Part shown: piece after piece, positions 1 through 16,599 of the stretch | Layout: each line of letters opens with the position of its first letter | Numbering within the stretch: the stretch's first letter is position 1 | Origin: the human T2T-CHM13v2.0 reference genome, Homo sapiens | Assembly: GCF_009914755.1 (NCBI RefSeq) | Contig: NC_060933.1 | Direction: 5' to 3' (one strand) | DNA: 64,000 nt | Translations under genes and position numbers: made by a program | The notes under the pieces: model-generated | What the model saw: only the letters and a program-made list of their open reading frames with translations | What the model was told of the DNA's origin: nothing | Database searches by the model: none

Positions 1-1114
1 TAATTATTATTCAGATGTCCGCTTTACAGAATAACAACTGAGGCCGGAGAGTCTAGGTGGAGCGCCCAAAGCCAGCCAGGTGGTGGGCAGTGACGTGGGC
101 AGCCAGAGGCCTGGGCTAGTGCCTGGATTCCCATCCCAGCCGCACTGTGACTCAGCGGCCTGGGGCGAGTCACCCACCCGCAGAGCCTCGGTTTTCTCCT
201 CTGTAAAGTGGGGGTGATAAGGGCACAGAATGAGCCTGAGCAGGTGCAGCTCTCAGCACAGGGCGTGGGGTTCTGTGGGCAGTGCCCTCCAGGCACCTCC
301 TCCCTTGGTGGTGATGGATCAAGATCGTTCATGGAACTGTGTTGGGAACATATAGATGAGGAATTCCATTTGCTATGACAATTATTATTCAATGGCTTCC
401 CGAGTCAGGAATGTAGGTCCTGCCCACGCAGGAGCTGTGTCTCTGGTGTGAGCTCCAGGGCCCCTCCTTCTCTGCCCTCCACATGTAGCCGGGAGGTCTG
501 AGCAGGTCTTGTTTTTCAGCAATCCCCCCGCCCTTCCCTGGAGGGAAGGCGATATCCACAATTCCTTCCTGAGCACCTACTGTGTGCCAGGCATGGAGAG
601 GCACCAGAGGCGAAGACGGGCCCAGTGTGGTCAGGGGTATAATGGGGGCACCAGGGTCTATGGGAGGCTGGAGGCAGCTCCTGACCTTGCCTATTGTTAG
701 GGGGAGGGAGCACAAAAGGCTTCTAGAAGAGCAGGTCTAACCTGAGACCCAAAGCTTGAATAGGAGTCAACCGGGCTGAGGGTGTGGGATGCTCTGGCAA
801 GGGGCACGCAGTGTGCGCAAAGGCCTGGGGCGAGAGGAACAGGACTCATTAGAACACGGCTTGCAGGCATGTTCGTTTCAATATCCCACGGGGTGGGAGG
901 GGTCATGGGGAGCCACGGAAAGTTTTAGGCAGGAAGTAACATATTCAGAAGCACCTTCCAGAAAGACTGCTCTGGCTATCCTTTGGAAGAAGGATTGCAG
1001 GGCAGAGCAGAAGCAGGGAGGCCACCAAGGTGGCTGCTGCAGACATCTGGATGATAATGGGGGTCTGGACCAGGGCGGCAAAAGTCGGGGAAGGGAAGTG
1101 ATTAAAAAGATGTA

Positions 1115-1427
<313 letters not shown>

Positions 1428-2869
1428 AGGTATAGAGGGTAGATCTGACAGGACAAGAAAGTGAGGGTCAAAGAGGGTGGGCCATGGGCTGGATGGGGGG
1501 CCATCTCTGAGGCAGCCCATAGAAGAGAAGTGGGTAGGGGGACTCTCCATGGCCCTGAGTCCCCACAGCTCTGCTGGGTTCCTCAGTACAGTCCTGCCCC
1601 TAGAACTGCCCTTCTTAGGCTGCAGCGGGGAGCTGCACTGGATGGAAACCCACAGGTCTGTGGCAGGTGGAGGCCTCATGGGTAGACAGCTGGCAGTCCT
1701 GGGGCCAAGTCCCAGGACATGGGGTCCCTGCCTGCAGCCAGCAGAGGACAGAAGCCTCGGCCTGGACTTCCCACTTCCCGGATGAGGCATCCCAAGCTCC
1801 GCAGAGGAGGAGGGCCTTGCCCTGGGTGGTGGGGGTTTCTCTCAGCCCCCCATTCTTGTTCCTTAGGTTTCCTCGTCTCTGAGACGGGTAGATGCAGATG
1901 GACAGACTCAGCCACCCGCCCCAGAGGGCCTGGCAGCTGAGCAAACACTGCACGGGGCCTTGATCGGACACAGGAGAATGAGGGGGTGGGGGGTGGCAGC
2001 GGTCAGAGCCCACAGGCCCCAGGAGAGTTTGTAGAAGAGAAGTGGAACAGCAGTCCTGGGGGTGCCCAGCCTATGGCTGGTTCCTCACCCCAACCCCCTG
2101 CCCTCCTCACCTCACCCGCTCCTTGGTTCCAAGTGCTGAAAAGTTAAGCTCCCAAAATGTGGGGTCCTCCATGACTCCCTCCCCCCATACTCAGTCATAA
2201 TCAAGTCCTGCTCCCTCTGCCACCAAATCTGTCCCCCCTCTCCCCCCAGCCACCCCCAAGTACAGCTGGACCATCTCTCCCAGGACACCAGCCTCCCTGG
2301 GCGTCCTGCCTCCTTCTTCCCTCCCACCTCCTCAGTGCAGCCCCAGGGAAGCCTAGGGACCCTTTAAAGATGCACTGGGCTTGCGTCAGGCCCCGCGTGT
2401 CCAGGCACCGGCCCCACCCAAGGCTCCACCGAGGTCATCTCCCAGCACTGACCTGCTCCTCCTCGCAGCCCCTGGTCTCCTTCTATTTCCCACAGTTCCG
2501 CCCCTTCCTCTCCTCCAGCCTTGCACTTGCCACTCCTGCCACTTAGGTGTCCCCAGCTCTTCCCAGGGCTGCCCCTACCTTCAGATCTCAGCTTGGACGT
2601 CACCTCTCCCAGGAAGGATCTGGCCCAGGCCGCATGCTCTGCCTTCCCTCCATCATTGCAGTCTTCAAAACGCTTCTGAAACCTGAACTACTTGGGGCTG
2701 CCCTACAGGAAGCTCCCTGAGGGCAGGTGCTGGCCTCTCTTGCTCGCCTGTGTGCATTGTTGTCAGGTGCCTGAGTGAAGGAGCACATAAATTGGCAGCC
2801 GCTGCCTTAGGGTCGGAGAAGGCTCTGACTTTGCAGCCAGTGGGTGGTCACAGAATGCAACACCAGTGG

Positions 2870-3692
2870 CACATGTGCAGGTGTGGGTGTGTGTATGTGT
2901 GAACATATGTGTGCATGTGTGTGTGCAGTGTGCATCATGTGTGCAGGTGGGGAGTGCATATGTGTGCAAGTGTGCATGTGTGTCTCGTGTAGGTGTGTGC
3001 ACAGTGTACAACTGTGTGCAAGTGTGTACAGTGTTTCTGCATGTGTGCAGTGTACCTGTGTGTGTGCGTGTGGACAGTGTGCACCGGCGTGACACTGTGT
3101 CGAATGTGTGTGCACAGTGTACCTGTGTGTGTGCATGTGGACAGTGTGCACCGGCGTGACACTGTGTCTAGTGTGCACCGTGTACCTGTGTGTGTGTGTG
3201 TGGACAGTGTGCACCGTGTACCTGTGTGTGTGTGTGGACAGTGTGCACCGGCGTGACACTGTGTCGAATGTGTGTGCACAGTGTACCTGTGTGTGTGCAT
3301 GTGGACAGTGTGCACCGGCGTGACACTGTGTCTAGTGTGCAGTGTACCTGTGTGTGCATGTGGACAGTGTGCACAGTGTACCTGTGTGTGTGTGTGTGGA
3401 CAGTGTGCACCAGCGTGACACTGTGTCAAATGTGTGTGCACAGTGTACCTGTGTGTGTGCATGTGGACAGTGTGCACCGGCGTGACACTGTGTCTAGTGT
3501 GCACAGTGTGCGTGTGTGTGTGTGTGTGTGGACAGTGTGCACCGTGTACCTGTGTGTGTGTGTGTGGACAGTGTGCACCGGCGTGACACTGTGTCGAATG
3601 TGTGTGCACAGTGTACCTGTGTGTGTGTGTGTGTGGACAGTGTGCACCGGCATGACACTGTGTCGAATGTATGTGCACACGTGCACACATGT
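2870..3692. repeat. TG-rich composite minisatellite with ~164-bp higher-order period
   Basis: Eight copies of the GGCGTGACACTGTGTC module (two slightly variant) at ~3086, 3153, 3250, 3317, 3413, 3479, 3580 and 3649, interleaved with GTGTACCTG(TG)nGACAGTGTGCAC modules. Confidence 0.9.
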
Positions 3693-4799
3693 CTAGACTG
3701 CCTGAGTGCAGCCATGTGTCCTTTCCTGTCGGTAAGGAAGAGGAACCAGGGGACAGATCCTGGCATGGGGACACAGCCACTGGCTGTTGAGATGTGCCAA
3801 GCCCTCCAGCCTGGAGGCCAACGTCCTGGCCCTGGCCCTTCCCTGCTGAGGGACCCTGGCCCTGACCCTTTCTTCTCTGTGCCTCCACGGACCACAGGTT
3901 ACATGAAACTCCCGTGAGCAGTGCACCTGAGGAAAACTGCAGCTTCCCAGCCGGTCCAGAGACTCGTTCTGCTGATGCGGAGGGGCCCAGGAATGCCAGG
4001 AATGGGCATTTAGCAACCCCTCCCCCTTCCCCATGCAATTGTGACGTGCTCCTGGGAGCTGTGACACTTGGTGACCTGGCCCCTCTGAGCCTGTTTTCCC
4101 ACCCATCAAGTGGGGATAAAAACAGGACTGCCCCAGGAGGTCACTGTTAGGGTCAGTGAGCTGGGGCTCCAGGAGGGCCTGATACACGGTAGGTGCTTCA
4201 TCCCTGGGCACTGGGGTTGCTCCTGCTGTGCCCAGGGGTGGCGAGGCTGCCAAAGATGCTGGAAGGGTCTGCAACCAGAGTAGGGTGGGCGGGGCTCTGG
4301 GGCTTCTGGATGGCAGGGACTCTTTTCCAACACAAGCTGCACCCAGGCGGGGATGCGTAGCTCGGTACCTACAGGGAGGGTGTGAGGTCGCGAGGCCCAG
4401 AGCCACTCTCCTCCCCTGAGAACGTGGTCTCAGCCTCGCCGCACTGTGTGTGAAGCACCCCCTGCTCCTCCCAGGCACTGGAGGTCCTCCCACCCCACGG
4501 CTTGCTCCTTGGTCTGAGCATCACAAGAGAGAGAAGATGTGGTTTGGGCAGGGACTCCTGCACAGAAGAAGAAAAGAAAGCCAGAGATGTTGCTTCCTCT
4601 GACCAAGGTCACACAGCGAGTCCAGGCTGAGGCGAGGCAGGGCTTCTGGTCTCTGCCACTCAGTGGGACCCAAATCCGTGGGGAGATGTGCGGGGAAAGG
4701 GGAGCAGTGGAGCTGCATGGTCTGGGGCGGGACAAGTCAGCCACAAGCACCTTGGAGAAAATTGACTTCTCATTCCTTTATTCATTCAACAATTATTCA

Positions 4800-5500
<701 letters not shown>

Positions 5501-7499
5501 CTCCCTGGATCACTGGATAAGACACCTAAGTGTTTTTTGTGCCTTAACTTGCTTTTCTGTAAAGTGGGGGTAAGAACAGTCCCAGGTGCTGGTGAGGGTT
5601 GTGCACATGGCATGGGGCCCGGCACAGAAAAAATGCTGGCTGAAGAGGCTGGTATTGCTGTACTATCAACAACGAGCACACGTTTGCAGGTTTCCACAGT
5701 ACGAGTCGCAGTGTGTATAGGAAAGGGTATCAGATGCAGAGGAGGGCATTGAGAGAGGAGGGATTGAGTCATCCTAGGGAGGTTGAGGGGCACCTGAGCA
5801 GGGTGTTCAGAGCTCTATAGGAGTCCATCACACCAAGAACTAGGAGAAGCTCAGCCACTGGCAATTCCTAAAAGGGCTTGAGGGAGCTGGTGCCAGCCTT
5901 GCTGGGACTCCAGGAGCCCTGGAGGGTGGGTGGGGAAGCCATTCTAGGAGTCCCTACTGCTGTCCTCTGAAGGACTTCCTGTGGCAGGTGGGCCTCCTGC
6001 TGTCTTCTCTGACTGTTTTCCACCCTCTGAGGGAAAGGGGGTGAACCACCCAGCCACAAGACTGGAACTACTGAGGCAGACCCCAGAAAGGGCAAGTCTG
6101 CTACCTTGTGTAGCCCAGCGTCCTGATGCCTGGAGGTCCCCCCATTCAGTCACCAGGGGACAGAACAGTGTGGGGGCTGAAGCCAGGCAAACAGGGTTCA
6201 AAACCCAGCTGTGGCATCTGCAAGCTGTGGGACTCTGGGCAATCTTCATCTCTCCGTGCCTCCCTGTTCTCATCTGTAAAATGGGAAGAATGATTGCACC
6301 TGCTTCATAGGACCAGAGTGGGGATTCCATGGATTCATGCCTGACATGAAGAGCTCAGCCCAGCATCCCTAGCACATAGTAAGTGCTCAATAAATGGTAG
6401 CCCCTTCCCAGCATGGACTTAACTCCTGTCCTGAGCCGGTTGTGGAGGCCCCATACAAGATAAAGAGAAGAGGCTTGTTGTCTTTGGGGATAAGGCTCTA
6501 TTCATTTTCTGATCAACAATGTGTATTCTTACTGTTGAATCAACAGTATTAAATAAAAAAGAAAAAAATCAAAATGACAATGTGTATTCCATCTCCCGTC
6601 AAACTGGGCCCCCTATACTTCTGGCCTCCTCACCCTGCCTCTCTGCTGGGCCCAGAGCCCCCTTCCTGCATCCAGGAAGCTCACTCTAGCAGCGTCCTGG
6701 CCACACCGCATCTTCTCACAGTTTTTGAGCTTGGAAGGCCTTAGGGAATATGGGGTCCAGTCCCTCCGCAAGTACCCACGTATGGAACTGGGGCTCAAGA
6801 GTAAAGACACTCGCCAGAGGCTGGGACTTGAATTCCAGTGCCCCTGCCCAGGTCCTTTAGATCGCTACTGCTGTGGGAATTTTGAGAGGAGCCCCTTGGC
6901 ATGGGATGAGCCACTGTTCCTTGGGCTGGAGTTCCATGAGGGCAGGGTCCATGGCTGTCTTGCTTACTTTGTGGCCCCTGGGCCCAGCATAGAGCCTGGA
7001 ACCTGTGAATGAATAAGTGAATGAGCGAATGAACAAATGTGGTCAGAATCCATCTGCCTCCCAGAGCAGGATTCCAAGAGAAGCCCACTTTGGGCACAGC
7101 CCCTGTAGGGTCACCAGCCCCAGCCCAGCAGACGGGGTTGCCAACGGCTCAGAGGCTTCCAAGAGTCTTCCAACAAAAGGATCAAAGGAAGCAGATGACA
7201 GGAGGGCAGGAAATGGCTGCAGGGAGGGGTGGGGGTGCCGAGCCCCCTGCCCAGGCCAGGATGAAAGAGGTTCAGGAAAAGGACACAGATGGACCAGCCG
7301 ATGGGGGGATGGGGGTGACAGGATGCGGGCAGAGGGCTCAGCTACTTCCCTTTGCACAGAGGATAAACTGATGGCTTCCCCTCAGTCCAGGACCCTCCTA
7401 TATGCCTGCAACCACCAGCACCTAGTCTTGGGCCCGGCCCCTGGGGGGCACTCGGAAAATGTGGATTCACTGTGTGCATGCATGCATGAATGAATGACT

Positions 7500-7945
7500 C
7501 AGTGGCTCATGCTGAATCCCAGCACTTTGGGAGGATTGCCTGAGGCCAGGATTTCAAGGCCAGGCTGGGCAACATAGCAAGACCCCTGCCTCTACAAAAC
7601 ATTTAAAAAAAAATATTAGCTTGGCTGGGCACAGAGGCTCACGCCTGTAATCCCAGCATTTTCAGAGGCCAAGGCGCATGGATCACCTGAGGTCAGGAGT
7701 TCGAGACTAGCCTGACCTACATGGTGAAACCCCATGTCTACTAAATACAAAAAAGTAGCTGGGTATTGTGGCGAATGCCTGTAATCCCAGCTACTTGGGA
7801 GGCTGAGGCAGGAGAATTGCTTGAACCTGAGAGGCGGAGGTTGCAGTGAGCCGGATCACACCATTGCACTCCAGCCTGGGCGACAGAGTGAAACTCTGTC
7901 TCAAAAAAGAAAGAAAGAAAGAAAAAGGAGGAAGGGAGGAAGGAA
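7500..7945 (+). mobile_element. Left Alu monomer (FLAM-like) followed by an AluS with GA-rich tail
   Basis: Alu consensus motifs. Confidence 0.85.
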
Positions 7946-9577
7946 AGAACTTTTATCAGCCATTCCTGGCCTTTCCAGTAGTCAGGCAGTGTGGGTCAGT
8001 CCAGTGGATTTTGACATGAAAGGGCAGAGCAAACTCCTGCTGTAGTTTCAGGGAGAACAATAACAGTAACAATTGCCCAAATAAGACTCTTACTACAGCC
8101 AGTGGCTATTGAACAACTGCTAGATGCCAGGTGCTCAAAATATCTGTGTGTCATAGCCCCATTATCTCAATGACTCCTTGCCATTCTCTGTGAGGGCCAC
8201 GCTAGCCCCATTTTACAGATGAGGCAACTGAGGCTAAGAGAAGAAGGATGCTTCTCTAGGTCACCCAGAAAGTAAATGACGGAGGTGGAGAGTCAAATTC
8301 ATCTAGCTCTGGGTAAATGAATAAATGGCTAAGCGAATGAAGGACCCATTCTGCAGCATTCACCGTGAATCCTCACCACACCACGCCGCCCTTCACCGGG
8401 CACGAGTTCTATGGCAACGAATGAAAGAATCACAGTCCCTGCTGTCACGAGATTCCTTGCCTGGAGGGCAGCACTCCAGCCAAATAATGACTTCATCATG
8501 ATTTTGGAAAGTGTTGGGAAGGAGAAAGCCAGAGTGCATAGGGCGTGCAGGGGACCTGCCCAGTCTTAGGGGCTCAGAAAAGGCCTAGAGTGTAAACTGC
8601 CAGACGGGAGGGCGTTGCCTGCTGGGAGATGTGCGTGGGAGGCAGAAAGTCAAGGTCTGTGGCATGGATTAGAAAAACAATAGTCATAGTCGTGATTGGA
8701 GCAGGCACTGTCCTTTGAGCCATTTCTCCCCACAAGTACCTTGCACGGGTTATTTTATAAATCTTTACAATAAGATGGAGACGTGGTTCCCCATATCATT
8801 CCCACTATAACGGAGACTCACACAGCTGCTAAGAGGAAGAGCCACGGTCTAGGTCTATCTGATCTGGGGTCTCAGCTCCTGATCCTGAACCCAGTGTCTA
8901 CAGAGCAGAGAGACCCTCCCTTTCAGCTCCTGGGTGAGCTGGCCCTGCTGGGATACTGTGTGCACTGGAGGTCATGCTTCCCCTTCCTGTCACCCACCAG
9001 TTCTCCTTGGGCTGTGGGAGCTTCAGGTGCAGAGGGGAAAATTTAGAGAGGGGACATTTCTGAGCCCAAATTGGCTGGCACTGCCTTAGGAAGGGGTGGA
9101 ACACAGACGCCTGCCTGAGCCTCCAGGAAGAACCCCACCACTCCCCACTGGAGGCAGATGTTGCCATGGTCCCTGGAGGCAGCCGTGGGGTGAGGGTGCA
9201 AGGCCCCCAATGTCACTCTTGTCTCTTCCTGGGCTACAAGCCCTGAAGACAAGGCTGCTTTCCTGTTCTTTCTTTGAAAGGAGGGCAGAACTCTGAGGTC
9301 TTCGCTACACTGGGCTGTGAGGCCCCGAGAGGACGGGCTGGGAGTTGCTGTTTCTTGGTGCTTCTCCTCATCACCTAGAGGGTGTGGGGCATGGGGTGGA
9401 GACCCCCAAAAAAGCAGCCAGAGCAGTTCCAGGGCTTGGCTTGCAGCCTCCCTTGGGAAAGTGCAGGCACTCACCTGCAACATCAACACCAGCTCCTGTT
9501 CCCTGAGCACCCTCCACGCACCTGGCCTGTGCTAGGTGCTTCCCGAAAGATCTCCATGAATCCTGTGGGACACATGC

Positions 9578-10043
9578 TGTGCTGCTGGCTGTTGCCCAGT
9601 ACCCATTTTGCCACCTCCCCTTTGGTAACAGAATGGCCCTCTCCCAGGTTGTAATGAGGCACATGACTGCCAGGCTAAGTATTACCTTTCCCAGCCTCCC
9701 TTGCAGCTAGGTGTGGTCATATGATCAGCTCTGGCCAATGAAACACAAGCAATGAGCTATGCACCTTCCTGCCAGCCAGTAAAAGAAATTGGTAGCTTCC
9801 ACCCCTTTGGTTCCCCAAACACACACTCACAGAGAATGGGGAGGGAGAGGGGCAGCCATCTTCAAGCTTGTGGACAGAAGCAATCCTCCAGGGATGAGAG
9901 AGATAGAAGGAGCCTGGGCCCTGGACCGGCTCCCAGGGCAGCCTCCCATCCCCTAGACTGAAAGGAGGAAAACCTCTGAAATGAGAGAAATCAGCTCCTG
10001 TCTCCTGTAGCCACTGTTACTCAGGTTCTGCTACAGCAGCTGG
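9578..10043 (+). mobile_element. Old ERVL-type solo LTR (LTR33/LTR16-like)
   Basis: TTCCCAGCCTCCCTTGCAGCTAGGTGTGGTCATATGA...TCTGGCCAATGA and a 3' end GCCACTGTTA...ATCCTAAC typical of these families. Subfamily not resolved. Confidence 0.6.
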
Positions 10044-10371
10044 GCCAGCATCCTAACCCAGACCCCGAGCCTTCGAGAAGGAAGACTATGGTTAGCTGGG
10101 AAGTGGTAAAGCCAAGACTTGAACCCAACCCTGAGAGGGCTCGGTCCAGAACCTACACTCAAAGCCTCGGGGCTGAGCTGCTGCACATAGCAGGTGCTGT
10201 ACGCAGGATTTTCAGGTGGACCATGAGCAAATGAGTAAATGGCCCTATGTGCTTTCCGAGGGAGGATCTAACCTGGAAGAACTGATTGTTTCTGGGCCCT
10301 AAATGTCACCTGGTTTCCCTGGTAGGAGCTTACTTCTAGCTTCTATGCCCAGGATTCAAAGCTAACCACGG

Positions 10372-11312
<941 letters not shown>

Positions 11313-12212
11313 ACCAAAGATAGCCATGGTGACAATGTCTTGTGGTTTATAAAATGCTGATTCATGTCCACTGTCACCTTTGATCTTAACCTCTTCCCAT
11401 GAGTCAGCAGGGGAGGCCCTGTTCTCATCCCCGTTTTATAGGAGAGAAAATTGCGGGTCACGTTGCCTGGTGCACAGTGACCGTTCTGCACACGGTGGGT
11501 CTTCTTGTTCCTTTGAATAGTGCTTTCTTAGTATTATGCTACTACTAACAATTTTTAAAAAAAATTGGAGGAATGAGATGTGGGAACGCAGAAGAAGTCC
11601 ACGTGGAGGACTCAGGAGAGCAGCAGCTGCTGGACTTGGCGTTGACCTTGAGGTATCTCTTCCCTTCTCCGATGCCTGTTTTCCTGGTATAGAATGAGGA
11701 AGTTGAACAAGATGGTCCTCTCTCCCCATCCCCATTCTGGGATCTTCTGCTTTGTGTCCCTGGGGTTGGGAGGGGCCAGGGTCCCCGGCCATCGGCCAGC
11801 GAGGTCAGAAGCAGCTCCTAGCTGGTGGGCAGTGTGCCTCTCCTGGGCCCTCTGCCGGCATCTCCCAGCTCCCTTCCTGAGCCTGCCTCTGAGATGAGAC
11901 CTGGCATAAAGAAGGGGACAGCATCAAGGACCCGGACAGCATCAAGGACCCTCAGTCTTTGCTGAGGATGAGCTGCAGAGACAGGTGATAAGCGACCTCA
12001 GGCCCTCCACAGGCTGCGGTTTCCAGAGGCACTGGGGGATGTGAGGTGGAAGCAGAGGCCTGCCTTCCTGTGCCCTGGGGCTTGGCATGTCAGCCCTCTG
12101 AGCCTCAGTGTCCTCATCTCTAAAACAAGAGTGATAGCACAAATAAACACCCTTCTCATAGGACTGCCATGTCAATTACACACATTTATACACATAAGCA
12201 CTTAGAATATAG

Positions 12213-13285
<1,073 letters not shown>

Positions 13286-14337
13286 AACAGTAGTTTTGTT
13301 GGAAGACCAAGGGCTAGGAGCCTGCTTCTGTCTCCCTGGGGGTCTGTGGTTCCCAGTCTGGCCATCATAACCTGCCCCTTCCCTTCCTTAATTTATCCCC
13401 TCAGTCCCACATGGGCTGGTCAGTAATGTTAGATATGGAAATTCCCAGAGTTTCAAAAGACCTCAAAGTGTCTTCAGCCACTTCTTCTCCTGAGGCATGG
13501 CTCTGTACTCCTAGACACACCACTCTCTATCCCTGCCTGTCCTTGACTACCTCCCCAGGTGGGGCACTCACTACCTACACAGCTGCCCTGACTATTGGAT
13601 AGTTCATCTTGAGGCAAAACCTACCTCCCTTGGTAGCCTTCCGTGGTTCTGCCTTCTGGGTCCTCCCAGAACAAGTCCACACCCTCTGCCTCAGGCAGGT
13701 CCTCCAGCCTCAGAAGCAGTGGCCACTAAATCAATTTCTCTCCACCTGAAACCTCCCCTGTGCCTTGCCCATCCTGGAGCAGGAAAGAGGCTACGTTTGC
13801 ACAGAGCACCGGACCCGGGGAAGCGTGATAACACAGCCCTACAGAGAAGCCCAGGGAGCCACGCTGGCCTGCAGCACTGGCCACCAGCTGTGGAGCTTTC
13901 TTGCTGCCTAGCACAGAACTGCAGGCAGAGAAAAAGGCAAAGATTTGCCTGAAGCAAATACATCAAATCCTTCCGCAAACACACATTCCCCTGAACACCG
14001 ACTCCAAAGATACGGAGGAGAAGAGGCCTACTTGATTAGATTTCTTTGGGGCCTGTCGCCTAATTTTGTTGCGCATCTTAGCATGAGGTCCCTGTAGTGA
14101 CTCTGTAGCGTGTTTAATTTCTCAAAGCCGCTCACAGGCTGGTGTGTAAACTCTCATCTCCGGATGTTACTGAAGGACCCTTGCGAGTTACAGCCCTCGG
14201 ATCAGTGGCCTTGTGGGCAGTGGAAGGAAGGAGTTAAGGGTGTGAGTTCAGCTCCCATCCCAGCCTCCTCATTCCCCAGCACCGTATCCCTTCCACAAAG
14301 CCACTTTGCTTCTCCAGGCCTCAGATTCCATCTGTAA

Positions 14338-14748
<411 letters not shown>

Positions 14749-14884
14749 TGATAAGTGAAATAATTTGATCTCAGCCAGAAGAGCCTGGGGAACTGGTGAA
14801 ATCGGTCGGATTTAGGGGAGATAACTCCCCCTGGTGAGAAGGCCTTGGTCTAGACACAACCATTTGGTCCTTTCTGGCCGTAGG

Positions 14885-15045
14885 TCCGTGGTCTCGAACT
14901 TTACTATGGTTAAGATGCACCCAAAAGAGCTTGTAAAATGCCAAGTCCCCGGCCCTGTGCACAGAGAGTCTGATTCAGTAGAATCTGAGGGGGGCCCGGG
15001 AATCCGCAGTTTAACAACATCCTGTTCCACGAGGTTGGGAATAGA
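14885..15045. mobile_element. MER5A-like hAT-Charlie DNA transposon fossil
   Basis: GAGTCTGATTCAGTAGAATCTGAGGGGGGCCCGGGAATCCGCAGTTTAACAA resembles the MER5A core. Confidence 0.65.
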
Positions 15046-16599
15046 TGTTACTGCTACAGTCACTCTGTCGGCTGTATGTCTGTACTGCGTCAAGAGCGGG
15101 GAATACTGAGCCAAATAAAACAGATCCAGCCCCGAACACCAGGGAGCCCACCGGGGAACAGGGGTGCGCTCCCTCCAGGTGGACGGGGGAGCTGGAGTTC
15201 TGGAGTGAGCAGGTTACCATTGCTGGAATCAAAAGTTTAGAAGAGACCTACTTACTAGATCTGTGAGTGTTGTCACAAGACAGTATCTCTGAGGCTTGAG
15301 CCTTGGGACATGGAGGCCTCTGGAGGGAGGGACACAGACTGTTCTGGAAGCAAAGGCTGTTCTGACTGACCCTGCCTGGGCTGGGCACTGGTGGGGACAG
15401 GTGAGATGTGGCATGGGGTAGATGATATGGAAGGTGGCATTCCTACTGAGGCAGTTAGTTCAGGGTGCTGCCTGTGGGGTGGGACCTGGGTTTGATCCCA
15501 GCTTGTCCTTTCTACCTGTTGTGACCTTGGGCCAGCCTAAGCTTTGTTTCCACCTCTGCAAAGGGATGACAGTTGTGTTGTCCATCTACAGAGGTGAGTT
15601 ACCGAGGGGCTAATGAAGCTTTAGCTCCTGGGACTGTCATTTACCAAGGCCCTGAGCTTAACCGCCTATTCATAACTTTGCACTATTCTTCTTCAAGTGG
15701 GTCCCCAGGATTGTAAAACCTTCAGGCCCCATAAAACCTGGATCTGCCCCATTCACCTAACAGAGTTATTGCAAGTTTTGGTGAAAGAAGACAGGCAAAC
15801 CCCTAGGCAATCCTGGGTCGCAAACGGAAGCCTCCTTCACTTCTGAGTCTTGGAAGTAGAACGCCTTGACACTCCAGATAAGGGGGACACTTGTCCAGGG
15901 AGGGCCAGCTGAGCCCCCACCCCTGTTCTCACTGCCCCGTAGCCCCCATGGCCTCAGGGCTCCAATCTCCCTAGCCCAGACTAGAAGCAGGTTGGAAGGA
16001 GAACCCAGGTGGGGATGTGAAGGGCAGAGTCGGGGGAGGCAGCGGAGGTGGGGAGTAAAAGGACTAGATTGAGCCCCTCTGGCTGCCATATGCACGACCT
16101 TCTGCAGGGCCAGGCTGGTGAGAAGCCAGCTAGGGGTGAGCGTCCTGAGCAGTGGCCTTGGGGGTGGTGTGGTTTTAATAACGACCTTCAAATGTGTGGG
16201 CCCCGGGGAGAGGCAGATTATATGAGACCCAAAGTCGGGGCTTCGAGATGGGGAATACTGGGGGACTGGGCATGTTCCCCTCTATGTAAAGTTTCCCAAG
16301 GACAGGACCTCCCTTCGACCGCGCCCCCACAAACTCTCTGCCCAAGCGCCCCATCTCCCAAGTCCTGAAGACCACTGGCAGATGAGGAAGTGGAGGCTCC
16401 GAGAGGGCAAGCCGTTGCCTAAGGCCACACAGCAGGGGAGTATAGGATACAAATCCGGATTTGGACCCAGCTGTACCTCGAAATTCCTTCCTGCTCCTAA
16501 CCCCTCCCTAATACCGCCCTCTGCTGTGGGCGCAGTGGCACGTAGTGGGCTCGCAGTAAGGATGGGGATGAAGGAAGGAAGGAAGGGAAGAAATGCCTA

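Noticed and set aside
3050-3690. Repeat-spacer look resembling a CRISPR array
   Set aside because: The spacers are themselves repeated (TG)n modules, there are no cas genes, and the DNA is primate.
2935-4038. 367-aa His/Thr/Cys-rich ORF and overlapping Cys/Val-rich ORFs
   Set aside because: Translations of the CA/TG minisatellite, which lacks stops in several frames. No domain or exon context.
11916-11951. 18-bp tandem duplication (also TTGCCAGAA x3 at 56688-56725 and a (CCGG)n run at 30335-30350)
   Set aside because: Ordinary slippage micro-duplications with no supporting context.
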